Part shown: piece by piece, positions 1-12,265 of the stretch
Numbering within the stretch: the first letter of the stretch is position 1
Layout of the letters: each line of letters starts with the position of its first letter
DNA from: Bilabrum cf. latius
Taxonomy: Eukaryota
Length of the DNA stretch: 64,000 bases
Assembly (NCBI GenBank): GCA_965178125.1
Contig: OZ237753.1
Span: 930,001 to 994,000, forward strand
Direction: 5' to 3'
Made by a program: the position numbers and the translations under genes
Notes under the pieces: model-generated
What the model was told of the DNA's origin: nothing
What the model saw: the letters and a program-made list of their open reading frames with translations, nothing else
The model's database searches: none

Positions 1-1599
1 CAGCGGAGGGGGCACGAACCGCGCCAGCTCGTCTGGGAGTGCATCTGATCCGCTCGACGCGCCTGGGGCCAGCCCTCCCACCGGCACAGCTGCCCCCATG
101 TCCTCGCCAGGACCCCCTTCCCCGCCCTTGCCTTCCTGCTCCCCGGCAGTCGCCGCCCCCGTCGCGCCTTTGCCTCCTCCTCCTCCTCCTCCGCCCCCGG
201 ACACGAGCGTTCTTCCCATCGAGGCCGCCCGCTGGCTGAGGCCCAGCACCTTCCGCGCCTGCGCCTTGAACGGGACCGGCTTCTTCCGCTCCACCGGCCG
301 GAAGGTGACTAGCAGCTCCTGCTGGCCCAGCGAGGGAACAGTGGCCTCATCCGGTGTGACGATCACGTCCCTCTAGCCAGGACCCAGAGACACCGCGCCA
401 CCGGAGCCGGACCCACCCGCGCCAGCACCCGCACCCGCGCCTGCGCCTGCCCCGCCGTCGCCCCCCTGCACCAGCCCCTCTGCGGGGTCAAACACCTCTG
501 CCTCCCCCGGCTTTCTCCTCCTAAACTGCTTGTCCACGGCAACTCGGAAAGAGGCCTCCTCGGGTCCGTTGTTCACCACGAGCAGCTTGAGCGTCCGCTC
601 CCTACCCACCATGACCGGCTCGAAGGCGACCTCGTCCACCTGCCCCTTGCCCTCGGGCCACACCACTTCTAGAGAGTGCGCCAGGACACTGGCGCTCACA
701 TCCACTGCGATGGGAGGCGCCCTGGATCCCTCCACCTCCAGCGTGGCAAGCGCCCTGAACACGTCCACTCGGTCTGCGTCCAAAGTGACCACCACCTCGT
801 CCGTCGGCGCGCTGCTCCTAACCCTCCGCTGCTGCGCGGGAGTCACTGCCTCGTTGAGGTTCAGGCCCGCCGCCACGGGGTTGGCGGGGAGCTCCCCCTC
901 GCTGGGGGAGAAGCTCAGGGGCAGCTCGCTGTCCCACCGGAGCCGCCAGCGAGACCCCGCCTGGCCGAGGCTGGCGATGCGCAGCCTGCGCTGCACCTTT
1001 CTGCCCACAGTCACATGCCCGAAATCCACCGTCGGGGATACCGGCTCGATCCGGGGGCAGGGCGCCAGGCCCAGCACAGGCACTCGAACCTCAAGGTCGC
1101 CGGACACGACCCGCACCTCGTCGCGGACGTCACGGCCATCCTTGTCCACCTCGATGAGCACCTCTACTGTCTGTTCTAGCCCAGGGGCGATGCCAGCGGT
1201 CGGCTTGTAGTTGGCCCGGATGTTAGGGTGTGTCGGGGGCACCACAGCGATGCGTCGCCGTCGGCTTCCAGAATTTTGAAGGCGAATCTCGGAGCGAAAT
1301 GACAGGCCCGGACGAATGCCGTGAAACACAATAGCTGCCGGAAATACGTGCAGCGGCCCAGCTTTGGCGGTTTCCCGTGTGGCGGCAGTCAGCACGTCAA
1401 TGTCGCCGATAGAGGGTGCGCCGTCCTGCAGTACCTATCTTGGAAGCAGCCGTGACCTCCGCACCTAACTGCTGTCATCTCCAGTGACACTTGACTGACT
1501 ATGAGCCTTCCCGCGCCCTGCCGAACTTTGGACGCTCCCTGAACTATTCGGATAGCGAGATCCGGCACCTGAGCCCGAGCTTGCCCTGGATTGGGACAT
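1..1599 (-). CDS. CFAP47: Cilia- and flagella-associated protein 47-like (ASH/Ig-like domains), N-terminal part; runs off the window
   Basis: ATG at 1599; frame open to position 1 if TAG (1465, 1435, 373) is sense. LHVFPAAIVF..IAPGLE..VPVLGLAP..VDFGHV..LVVNNGPE follows the CFAP47 N-terminal layout as I recall it. Confidence 0.75.
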
Positions 1600-1826
1600 C
1601 ACTATAATGCAGTGAAACGATTGGAAGTGTAATTAATATGAAATTATTGCTGGAAAGTAGATTGCTTTCCCGATACGCCTCAGCCGTGCCGGTCCGCGGC
1701 CAGATAGCGGTGCCAACGGACACGCCAAAAAAATGGAGCCTAACAACGAACCTTCGATTCACTGCACGGGGTTCGGCGGCGTCCAAGTCACTCAAACGGC
1801 ACAATATAGATGGCAAGTTCCTGATT

Positions 1827-3212
1827 ATGTGAGCCTGAGTCCATAAAGATGAAATAATTCAGCGATCGTGTTGGTGAATTGACCCGCAAATGACCCTGGA
1901 GCGCGAATTTGACTCGAGAATACGCATAAAACCGCCGCCTTTGGGTTGATATTGCCGCTCTGTTAGAAGAGAAAATAGCGAACGGTGCATTTCATCATTT
2001 TTTTAGGTTTTCCACAAAGCTTCACGTGCGTATCTACGGCGGATAGATGGATGAAGTCCGCGCTCTGCTAGCAGCTGGCGAGAACGCCAACGAAGTCGAT
2101 GAGGTGAGTTATGTGCTCGCGATGTGGGATGCACACCGTTCGGACCAAGTTTTTATGACTTTATATAGCTGATAACCTATCCCAGTCCTCTGCCTAGTGT
2201 CGCCTAGTGGTTCCGGCAAAGCGGGCCTGCCCTAGACTTGCCCCCAACGATGCGAGACTCGGTCAAGCCATCGGCTCATCTTGCCCAGGAAGCACTCCAA
2301 AGGTATATGAGCTGTATTTCATCGATGAATACCTCTGCAGAATGGCAACACTCCGCTTCACATTGCCGCAGAGGCCGGCAAGCCAGAGGCGGTCCCGATG
2401 TTGGTCGCCGCGGGAGCCGCGGTAGACGCCGAGAACCGCGTGAGGGAGAGGGAGGGGGAGAATCAGTATGTGCGCTCTCCTGAATCTATAGGAATCATCG
2501 GAAGTTGGTGATGCAAGTCTCGCTTGCAGTTCATCCCATCCCAGCCCATCCTGTTCGCAGGAAGGCAAGACCCCCATGTACGTGGCAGCGGAGCGGGGGC
2601 GCCCGGAGATATGCGCCCTCCTCGTCGGCCTAGGAGCAGTGAGAAAGTAGCGCACCTATTCACCTGGAATTATTGTGATGAGTGCAATGTGTTCGGGCCT
2701 CGCAGTCGCTTGCAGCTAGCAGCACCCCCTGCACCTCGGCACTGCACTGCACTGCACCGCAGGACATCACCGAGGACAAGTACCCGGACTTTGTCGCCTT
2801 CGAGTGCGTCCGGATCAACAAATTCATCAAGATGGCCCGTGGAAATAGGACCATGGTGGTGTTCTGGCTCATCGGCGAGTCGGCCCCACCGCACAAAGAC
2901 ACCGTGACGAGCATGCTCCCCTGGATATTTGCCCGCAGGAAAGCTAGGCTCGCGAGGTGGAGACGGGCGACAGATGCCCAGAGAGACGCGGGGTACATCT
3001 TCTGGTGCGCCAGGGACGGACGGCCGTTGGACCTGGAGCGGCGGCTGGTGCTGGGCGCGCGTGCCGGTGGGCTGGAGAGGAAGGGGGAGCTGCCGGGCGA
3101 TGAGGGGGGCACCAGGCTTGCGACCCCGCTCGAGGCGGCCAGAGCAGGGGGTCACACGGAGTGCGTCTAGTTGCTGGAGGATGCGGCTCGGAGGCTGGCC
3201 CCGTCGGTATGA
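1827..3212 (+). CDS. Ankyrin-repeat protein, multi-exon
   Basis: Exons approx. 2007-2103, 2341-2439, 2561-2638, 2763-3212 with GTGAG..AG introns. Motifs NGNTPLHIAAEAG, GKTPMYVAAERG, TPLEAARAGGHTECV*LL. TAG at 2044 and 3168, TGA at 3210. The start is uncertain; the ATG may be split by intron 1829-2006. Confidence 0.7.
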
Positions 3213-3370
3213 CGGCTGGTGGTGCTTCCGGTTTTCATGCCGCTGGTTGCTTCGCGGCAGTCTGCAATGAGTTTATCATGCATCGACGACTTGTCTGTAG
3301 CACCTTAAACAAGTTTCCTTGCTCTTCTTGGAATCACTCCCATTTCCTGTCGCGCGCATAGCTTGCACGC

Positions 3371-4987
3371 ATGGCCAGCAGTGCAGCACTTGGCCAGTCT
3401 CCGCCAAAGCCTCGCGTTGTGCTTGTGGTTGGCACAACAGGAGCAGGAAAAACAAAGCTTTCTGTTGATGTTGCTAAAGCCATTGGTGGTGAAGTAATCA
3501 ATTGCGATTCGGTGCAGATGCGTCGAGGACTGGACGTTGCGTCTGCAAAGGCAACTCCAGCCGAAATGGACGGGGTACCACACCACCTACTCAGCTTTCT
3601 GGATCCTCTTGACTCTAGCTATAGTGTGAAATCATTCAAGCGAGACGCGCTTGACCGCGTTGACGACATCACCAGGCGCGGGAGGGTGCCGATTGTGTGC
3701 GGAGGCACGCTGTATTACGCCCAAACTCTTCTATTCCCCGGCACCCTGGACTCAACGGAAGAACTCTTAGCAGTTCAAGGGGGGGGCAGTAAGTTTGCAC
3801 CCAGCGGTAGCGCCGTGGAGCCCGATGCCTCGCACAGGCCGTCCAAGCGACGACGGACGGAAATTGATAGTGCTGCCAGTGGTGATAGCGGGGTAGAAGC
3901 GCGTCACCACGGAGAATCGTCGGACACGGCCGATCATAAAGACGCAGCTGGAGCTGGTACAGTGCGATCTCGCCTGGCGGCTGCTCTCGGGCAGCATATC
4001 CGAAAAATGGCGGCCTCATCGTCATCATCACCGCGACCTTAGACAGACCCTTTGCAGCCGGTTGGGCCGGATCCGAGCCAGCTGCTGGAAGCAATAGAGT
4101 CTCTGGAAGCAGATCAGTTGCACTCTGTTCTCCGGAGCACGGACCCGGAGTCCGCTGCCCGGCTGCACCCCCGGGACCGCCGCAAGGTGCACCGCGCCCT
4201 CCTGGAGCAGGCGCAGAGGGGGCGCTTGTTCTCCCAGGCTATCAGGGAACAGAGAGAGATGGTCGCAACCGGGCTGCTGGAGGGGCCCGCGGAGTGCTTG
4301 GTGCTGCAGCCGTGGGCGGCAGACGACGTGCTGGCCCGCCGTCTGGGCGCGCGCGTGGACGGCATGGTGCGTGCGGGGCTGGTGGAGGAGGTGCTTCGGT
4401 TCGCAGAGTCTGGCGGATCGGTAGACAGAGGAAAAGAGGACAATAGGCCAGGGGACGGGCCAGTGGGTCTGCTGGGAGCGATCGGATTCAGGGAGTTTGC
4501 GCCTGTGCTAGAAATGAGGATGAAGAGAGCAGCGACGGGGGAGGGATAGCGCGGCCTTGAAGGCGGTTCTGCCTCCAGCAGCAGCAGCAGTAGTGCCAGT
4601 GCAGCACATATGCTTGGGGCGGGTCCCGCAGGGAAGGGGGATGAGGAGGCGGCAGTGCTGCAGGGTTGCCTGGCAGATCTCAAGCGGACTACTCGGCGGT
4701 ACGCCAAGTACCAGCAGCGCTTTCTGACTTCTAGATGGGAAAAGAGGGGTGTGCCCATCCTGCGTTTGAACACGTCAAGCGTGGGCGAGGTGGAGGGGGC
4801 GTGGGAAGAGCGAGTGCGGGGTCCAGCAGTGGCAGCGGTGCGTGCATTTCTGGAAGGTGGGCTGGAGGCGGTGCTGCGGCGGAGTGGTGCACCGCATGGC
4901 GGTGCAGTCCCGTGGGCCGGCATGATCCGGCGCGGGGAAGATGAAGATGGGGGTGGTGCAGGTGCAGGTGCAGGTGCAGGTGCAGGT

Positions 4988-5019
<32 letters not shown>

Positions 5020-5512
5020 GGGTGCAGGTGCGGGTGCGGGTGCAGGTGATAGTGCAGGCAGTGGTGTGACTTCGCTGCCGGGTAGCGTAGGCTCGGCTTG
5101 GCGGAAGTTTCGGTGCAATCTGTGCGGGAGCGAGCTGAACGGCTAGCACGAGCTCGAGGTACACCTGGGAAGCAAGTCCCACCGCAAGGGAGTGGCGCGG
5201 CGCCGCACGGTGGCTCGGGACCTCATTCGATTCGTGGAGGGCCGGGAGGAGAAAGGGGCCTCAAAGGAAGAGGCGGAGGCGGCTGCACGGGAGGTGCCAG
5301 TGTTTCGGGGGTGGACCCTTGAGCTGGCGAGGGAGGAGGTGGCCCAGGGAGGCGAGGGGGGCAAGCGGAAGGGTCACGGTGGGGGTGAGGGCGGCAATGT
5401 GGGTGGGCCCGCATCGAGTGGCGAGGGAGGAGATCGGTCGAGTGAGTCCGTGCGATGGCATGGGGCTTCTGTCCGGCGTGATCAGCTGAAGTGGCTTGAG
5501 GTGGTCGATTGA
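3371..5512 (+). CDS. TRIT1: tRNA dimethylallyltransferase (MiaA/Mod5/TRIT1) with C-terminal zinc finger
   Basis: GTTGAGKT, INCDSVQ, VPHHLL, CGGTLYY, LHPRDRRKV, GAIGFREF, TRRYAKYQ, CNLC..HLGSKSH. Four in-frame ORF pieces are joined by TAG at 4040, 4547 and 5144; ends TGA. Confidence 0.92.
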
Positions 5513-5646
5513 CGATGATCGGATCTGTGGCTGGCTCGTGGGTGCATTGCATGACACTTGGATCCTAGTCCACATTTGCTTTCCCTCTGCGCACGCAGGG
5601 GGCGCTTTTTTGGCCGAAGTTATCTACCTGCACCGCACCCAAAAGC

Positions 5647-6876
5647 ATGAGTGTCTCTAGCGCTCATGATCTAAGCAGCCGGCTGCAGCAACTGGAGCGC
5701 GAGAACGCTCTACTTCGCCGCAGGGTTGCAGAGCTAGAAACTGCAATGTCCACAATTGGAATGGTGGTCAGTCGATTTGGAGTGCAAAGTTCTTATCAAC
5801 CTCATGAAACTATAGCCACCGCTCCACATGCCAAGCAGCCGGCTGCCCCCAGATCATCAGAGTTCGAATTGCCAATGCTGTCGGCCTCAGATGTGCTAGC
5901 TGAGCAATTGGACGGGCGCAGACATCCATCTACCCGAGAAGCATCCTTAAATACTCATGGGTTAAGGCGAAGTCGAGCTGCAGTTGGGCCTGAGTTGCTC
6001 GGAAGTTCTGCAGGGTCAACAGCATCTGCGGCCGACTTCGCAGCCAAGTCAGACACAGCGATTCAAGGTACACCTAGCACGTCTTGTGGATCAAAACACC
6101 GTGAAGTCCCTCTTCTTGGTAGCGACTACGCCCGCAGCATGATGCAAGCAGCTGGAGTATCCCAATCGTCGTCAGCAGCTGCGTCTGGCGGAGCAAGCAT
6201 GCGTGCCGAATCATAGCACCAGCCCGATCAAGACAGTGGCGCAAGCACACGCGTGCGGGCCAGTGACGTGGTGGTCACTGACGAAGCCCGCAGCATGGCA
6301 GCAGCGGCTGCTGCAGCAGCCGCTGCTGCTGTTCGGCCCTGTACTAGTCTCAGTGGCGCCAAGCCATCTCCGGGAGCCTCTTCCTCTCGGCAGTTGGGAG
6401 CTTCTTCTCTTTCTAGCTCAAGTCCCAGTGCTCCTGGGGGGACTGGAGAACGGCTCGTCGAAAGCGCAGGTGCTGCCGAGGAGGGTGAGCACCCGGCCGA
6501 AGCAAGTGCTCCAGGCTGGCACGTGGCACTCGCAAGCACCAGCGGGAAGCCCGCCCTGCTCACTCGTCAGCGGGCAGACGAGGACGCTTTGGGAGCGGCG
6601 GGGAGACTGCTGGGGGGCGGTTCCAGCGGCGAGGGGCTTCTTTTTTCCGTGTCGTCAAGCGGGCCAAGCGGGGGTGCCGGCAGACCGGCAGAAGGGGGGG
6701 CTGCATCGTCAGCATCGGGGTCGGGTGCCAGAGCGCCCACGATGCCCACTGATGTGGAGGATCTGTCTGGTTTGGTTGGAAGCAAGGGTGGGGATGCGGC
6801 TGCCAGGCTACTGGCGAGGGCGGCGCAGGACGGGCTGCTCCACCAGTCAGGGAACGGCCCGGGGCGGAATCCATGA
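5647..6876 (+). CDS. Hypothetical protein with short N-terminal coiled coil and low-complexity Ser/Ala/Gly body
   Basis: ORFs 5647-6216 and 6253-6876 are in the same frame, joined across TAG 6214; ends TGA. Confidence 0.6.
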
Positions 6877-7072
6877 GGGGGAGTCGTCCGGGCCAGTATT
6901 GGGCACTCAATGGACGTGACAAACAAAGACTCAATCCAAATTCTCGACGGATCCGCCTACTCGGCAAGCCTGAAAATCTCGTTCTGTACAAAAAGCTGAT
7001 AGATCTACGCAAGAATAACTCATCCGCAATGCATTGCCATGCACGCACTGCATTGCCATGCACACGCACTCG

Positions 7073-8044
7073 TCAGTGCCTCTAGCCCCCGTGGTCCTGC
7101 ACCCCGAAAGAGTCCTTCAGCAGGCTGTATATGGTGAAGGACACCGACACCGCCACTGGCCCCTTGAACACGTTCATGCTGAGGCCCTTGTAGAGCCCCC
7201 TCCACCCACCCTCCTGCACGACCCCACGAGCCACCTCCAGCATGCCTCGGGGCCTGGGCCTCTGCCGAGCCCCATCCGCCCCGATCGCTCCTCCGTCCAG
7301 CGCCTCCGTCTGCATCCTGCGCCTCACCACATCCAGCGGGTAACACGAGGCCTGGCCAAGCAGACCAGCCACGGCCCCGCACGCCAACCGCTCCACCACG
7401 GTGGGCTCCCTCCCGGCGCCATCCCTGATTCGCTGCTTGAGCGCGTCATTCGTCCAGAAGCTGACCGCTGCATACGGCACGATTCCAACAAGAGAGGGGC
7501 CCAAGCCGCGGTACAGGCCCGCCAGCCCCCGCGCTTGCACCACCTCGCGGGCGGCGGCCATCAGACCGAACTGGCTCGAGTGCAGCGACGTGAGGGCCAG
7601 CCGCGCCCGTAGCATGTCTAAGGGGTACGTCACCAGCGTGGACGCCGTCCCCGCGGCAGCACCAGCCACAAGGCGCTCCGTGTGATTGAGGCTCGCCGAC
7701 CGCGTTGCGTCACCGTGCCGAATCGCTCTCGCTTTTCGGAACAGATTGGCAAGGATGTCGAAAGTTGCCAGCTGTATGCCAGAGTATGGAGCAACGCGGA
7801 TAACCGTCGCAGAGTTGCCCTTCCAAAGACCTCTTGGTCCTTCTGTTCGTAGCAATCGTCCCAACTCGCCGGCCGCGGCCCGTGCGGAGAACTATCGGTG
7901 GCTGGTTTGAAAAATGATTTTGACTATATCGAGCGGGGCAATTAGTGACTTTGCAGCCGATCCGGCTATAGCTCCGGCCAAGAATCTGCGCAGGGGCTGG
8001 TACGACGGCTGGAGAGCTTCTCTATCAGCCTTAGCCAATGCCAT
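7073..8044 (-). CDS. SLC25A42: Mitochondrial carrier protein, CoA-carrier (SLC25A42/Leu5)-like
   Basis: Three carrier signatures (APLDIVKIIFQ, YPLDMLRARL, YPLDVVRRRMQ) plus LWKGNSATVIRVAPY. ATG 8044, internal TAG 7892 and 7082, TGA at 7073. Confidence 0.85.
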
Positions 8045-8283
8045 GTCACCGGTACCTTCCGTGCCCACACCGTCACAGACAAGTCAATCAGACTAACTCT
8101 ATGCTAATCAGTCTAGTCTCTTAGTACGTATCAATCATATTTGACGTGACTTTTCGCGGATATCGATTGTACTAGAGCTCGTATTATGATACATCCTGTC
8201 GGCTTTCGTTCTGCCGGAAAAAACGAACCTATCAGACCGAACGTTCGTCTTGATGAAAAAGCAACTGTCACACACAACGCAAA

Positions 8284-10254
8284 ATGTCCGAGTCCAAGCA
8301 CGGTAGTGCTGCTGAACCACTACCAAGAGGTCGAGTTCTACTTGAAACAGAGGTCGGACGGCTTGAGATTGCCTTTTTCTCAGATGATGCCCCTTTGGCG
8401 GTCCGTAACTTCTTGCGCCGTGTCCGCCAAGGCTATTATAACGGAGTTCTCTGGCATAGAGTGTTACGAGGGGCGCTCATTCAGGCAGGAGATCCAACTG
8501 GCACTGGAAGGGGCGGTCGTGCTAGTGCGTTGGGCTCAGGCAGGCCCTTCCAAGATGAGTTCAGCCCACGACTGCACTTCAAGCGCCGAGGGCTGGTTGC
8601 ATGCGCCAACGCCGGCGAGCCGGACAGCAACGGATCGCAGTTTTTTGTAACACTTGGGCCCTGCGACTGGCTGGACGGGTAGTGCACCATATTCGGCTCG
8701 CTGGTAGGCCACGGCTGGAGCTCGACGCTGACCAGTCTGGGTAGCAGCCGCACCGAGCCCGGCTCGGAGCGCCCTATGGAACCCAGGCGAATCACGAGGG
8801 CCACTGTTGTGGAATGGCCGTTTGCAGACGATCCAGAGGCAGCCGACGAGTCCATCAGCATGGCGGGTGGGACGGAGGGGCGGGCGGCAGGGGCAGGCGC
8901 GGGGGCCGGCGGCGAGGATGCTTTAAGCTCGTCGGGGCCGAAAGAAGGGCTCTCGTCCGAGCTGTCGACAGCCGACAAACTGGAGAAACTCGCGCGGGAC
9001 CAGAAATTGAAGAGGAAGAACAGGCACCTGCTCTCGTTCGGGGCGGCGGGCGGCAAGCGGGCCCGCGCCGGTGCGGGGGCAGCTCTCGGGGCTGGCGGAG
9101 ATGAGGACGATGAGGACGACGAGGACGGGGCGGGTGCAGGGGGCTCCTCGCTGGCTGCTCGCAGACGAGCCAAGCGAAGAAAGGTGGGCCGCTCTGCGGC
9201 GGCGCTGGACCCGGAATCGGAATCGAGATCCGGGGGACTTGCAAGCGGTGGAGACAGGCTGCGGGCCGGTGGTCGCGCGGATGGACAAGGCGCGGCGGCG
9301 TCGGCAGGATCAGGGCCATCGGCAGTGTCTTCTTCACAGGGCGGATCTAGCCGTAGCAATGGTGCATTGCATGGTGGTGCATCAGTCCTGCGCGCTCGGA
9401 TGCAGGCCGCCCTGGAAGGGGATCTGGAGCAAGCTGGGATCGGTAGCTCGGCCGGGGCTAGCAGTGGCAGCGGAAGCAGCAGAAGGGATGAAGGGCCGGG
9501 CGGGAGGGTGGGCGCTCCATCCTCCAGATCAGCTGCCCCCGCCCCTGCCCCTGTCCCTGCTCCCGCCTCGCTCCTTGAGCAGCTCCGGTCCAAGTACACT
9601 CGCCGCGGGGAGGCACCTTTGTCCTCGTCCTCATCCTCTTTCTCGTCCCAGCGAGGTGCAAGTGGGGTGCAGGGGTCCAGAAAGCGCCGGAGGGAGCGGG
9701 AGAGCCGCACCCTGGAGCGGCTGAGGGCCTTCAGGGAACAAGTCAAGCAGGCGCAGGTGAAAGGGAAGGGGGAGGCGGAGGGTGATAATGAGGATGAGGT
9801 GGATGCGGGAGTCAGCCAGGATAAAGATGAAGACAAGGACAAGGACAAGGATCAGGGTAGGAAGGTGGCAGAAGCGGTGGGCGGCGCGTCGGCCCATGGG
9901 CTGTCCCGAGCCAATGCCGAGGAGGATGAAGGCCTCAGGGCGCGGCGATTCCTGGACGAGAGCGACTCGGAGTCGGAATCGGACTCGGAATGGATGGCGG
10001 CCCGGCTGCGCGCGGCTCGACATGTGGACCACGCGTTCCGTATGGAGGGCGGAGCTGGCAGAGCAAAGGGGGAAACAAGCAGCAGCGGTAGTAGCAGCAG
10101 CAGAAGAGGTGCAAGCAGCAGCAGTGGGGGCCCTGGTGCACGCCATCGTGGGGCAGGCGGAGCTGCCGATGGGAGAGGGAGCCGAGACTACCCGCCACGC
10201 GCCATGCCGAGAGGCGGTGGCAGCATCTCGACCGGGAACTCGAGCAGATGGTGA
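8284..10254 (+). CDS. CWC27: Cyclophilin-type PPIase, spliceosomal CWC27-like
   Basis: EPLPRGRVLLET, QAGDPTGTGRGG, FQDEFSPRLHFKRRGLVACAN, NGSQFFVTL, WLDG*CTIFG; the domain continues through TAG 8680. C-terminal RESRTLERLRAF and EWM motifs; ends TGA. Confidence 0.85.
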
Positions 10255-10414
10255 TCATTGGTTACACGGTATTGAGTCAAAATCTTCGCACACGCTGAAG
10301 GAAACCGCCAGTAACAACCTCCACAGCGGCGCCGCCGAGCTTCCGCCGCCGCCGGCGGTGACGGAACCTCGCAGCGAGTAGTTTTTCCGCCGCGCTTCAC
10401 GCACACCCGAGCAA

Positions 10415-11980
10415 ATGCAAAGCCCAGACTCTAAAGATGCGTCGAAGATTGCAATGGATGCCATGTTTGCCAAGGCAGGGGCGCGCACGTCGAGGAAAGG
10501 CCTGGACCACGATGATGATGCAATGAGCACGGCAACTGCGGACGAGCTGCTGTCCACGACTGGATTTGATCCCCTTGAGCTCGCTGATCCGCTATCTGGT
10601 GCTATGGGAGGATCTGCAGGAGGCGGGAGCGCAGGAAGCGTCGGAGCCGACGAGGTGGTCCGGCTACGAAACGTTCACAAAACGTACCTGCTTGGTACCG
10701 AAGGCGTGGCCGCTTTAAGGGGAGTGAGCATTTCGGTGCGGCGCGGAGAGACTGTCATGGTTGTAGGCAAGTCAGGCTCGGGGAAGAGTTCCACTTTGAA
10801 CGTGATTGGGATGATTGACAAGCCCACAAGGGGCGACGTCTGGTTGTGCGGAGCCAGGATCGATTCAAGAACGCCCGATTACGTGATGGCCCGCATCCGT
10901 CTCAGGCAGCTTGGCTTCGTGTTTCAGAGCTTTAACTTATTGCAAAGCATGACGGCGCTGGAGAATGTCATGCTCCCGATGACGCTCGCTGGGTGGGGCT
11001 CGGCCGAGGACCGTTCGAAGCGCGCAGAGTACCTGCTCCGCCGCGTCGGCATGGGGCATCGCACCGGCCACCGCCCCCCTCAGCTTAGCGGTGGCGAAGC
11101 CCAGCGCGTCACGATCGCCCGCGCCCTCGCGAACAACCCCGCGGTGCTGCTGCTAGACGAGCCCACGGGCGATCTCGACCAGCGCAACACCTCGATCGTG
11201 CTCAAGCTGCTCACAGACCTGTGCGAACACGAGGGGGTCACGCTCGTCATGGTGACCCACGACCTCACTCTCCGCAAGCTGGCCCACCGCGTGGTGCACA
11301 TGCTGGACGGGCGCGTGCTCCGGGAGGAACACATGGACCCGGAGAGGAGGCGAGCGGCACTAAAAGAGCTGGCCGAGTCGGATGCGGCCAGGGAGCTGGA
11401 GGCGGTGCTGGCGGCCGAGCGGGAGGAAGACCTCGGGGCGGGGGGGTCGCGCCCGGGGCTGTCAGCGGGCCGGACAGGGGCAGGGACAGGGACAGGGGCG
11501 ACTGCATCTGTCGCTCCGTCGCTGCCCGGGAGTGGCACTGATGCAGCGGGTAAGGCAGGGGGGAGTGCCGGTAGCAGAGCGAGCAGCAGCGGGGCAAGTA
11601 CATCTGCAGGAACAGGAACAGGGGCAGGGGCATGGGCAGGGGCAGGGGCAGGGGCAGGGGCAGGGGCAGGGGCAGGGGCAGGGGCAGGGGCAGGGGCAGG
11701 GCTAGAACAGGGGGCTGTTCCCCGGCGAGCCACCTTCGTGGTGAGGAGGCCGACCTCGTATGCCACCTTCAGGATCGCGCTGGCGCAGCGTGTGGGCGGG
11801 GGTACGAGTGGGGGAGGGGGTCACGTTGGGGGCGGGAGTGGCGGTGGCCTGGGAGCGAGAGGACTGGAGGGGGAGCCGCGACTGACAGAGGGACACCATG
11901 GAGGAGGCGCTGCTGCCGCCTCGCTAGAAATGGCGGGGGCCACGGACACGGGGCTGCACGCCGAGCTTGGGGGCCACTGA
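10415..11980 (+). CDS. Stand-alone ABC ATPase (LolD/MacB-type nucleotide-binding domain)
   Basis: Walker A GKSGSGKS, GFVFQSFNLL, LSGGEAQRV, LLDEPTGDLD, VTHD. No transmembrane segments, no internal TAG, ends TGA. Confidence 0.9.
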   Translation: MQSPDSKDASKIAMDAMFAKAGARTSRKGLDHDDDAMSTATADELLSTTGFDPLELADPLSGAMGGSAGGGSAGSVGADEVVRLRNVHKTYLLGTEGVAALRGVSISVRRGETVMVVGKSGSGKSSTLNVIGMIDKPTRGDVWLCGARIDSRTPDYVMARIRLRQLGFVFQSFNLLQSMTALENVMLPMTLAGWGSAEDRSKRAEYLLRRVGMGHRTGHRPPQLSGGEAQRVTIARALANNPAVLLLDEPTGDLDQRNTSIVLKLLTDLCEHEGVTLVMVTHDLTLRKLAHRVVHMLDGRVLREEHMDPERRRAALKELAESDAARELEAVLAAEREEDLGAGGSRPGLSAGRTGAGTGTGATASVAPSLPGSGTDAAGKAGGSAGSRASSSGASTSAGTGTGAGAWAGAGAGAGAGAGAGAGAGAGAGLEQGAVPRRATFVVRRPTSYATFRIALAQRVGGGTSGGGGHVGGGSGGGLGARGLEGEPRLTEGHHGGGAAAASLEMAGATDTGLHAELGGH

Positions 11981-12056
11981 CGGACACGGGGCTGCACGCC
12001 GAGCTTGGGGGCCACTGACGGACACGGGGCTGCACGCCGAGCTTGGGGGCCACTGA
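11943..12056 (+). repeat. 3 x 38-bp perfect tandem repeat including the ABC gene stop codon
   Basis: Unit cggacacggggctgcacgccgagcttgggggccactga at 11943, 11981 and 12019. Confidence 0.95.
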
Positions 12057-12265
12057 CGGCTGTTCGTGTATTCAATGCTTGTAATGTTTGGATCGCAAAC
12101 TCTTCTTGAAATCTAATCTCGGTGTGGACGCTGCTGCGGAACATGCAGCGCATTGCACTGCACCACCCGCGCGCATCCAACTACCCCGCATCCTCGTATA
12201 ATCCAAGAATACGGACGAACAGACAATCCGCCCCGCCAATCCAGACCACCCAACACGCACTCGCC

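Noticed and set aside
11943-12056. CRISPR-like array
   Set aside because: Head-to-tail repeats without spacers, no cas genes, eukaryotic context.
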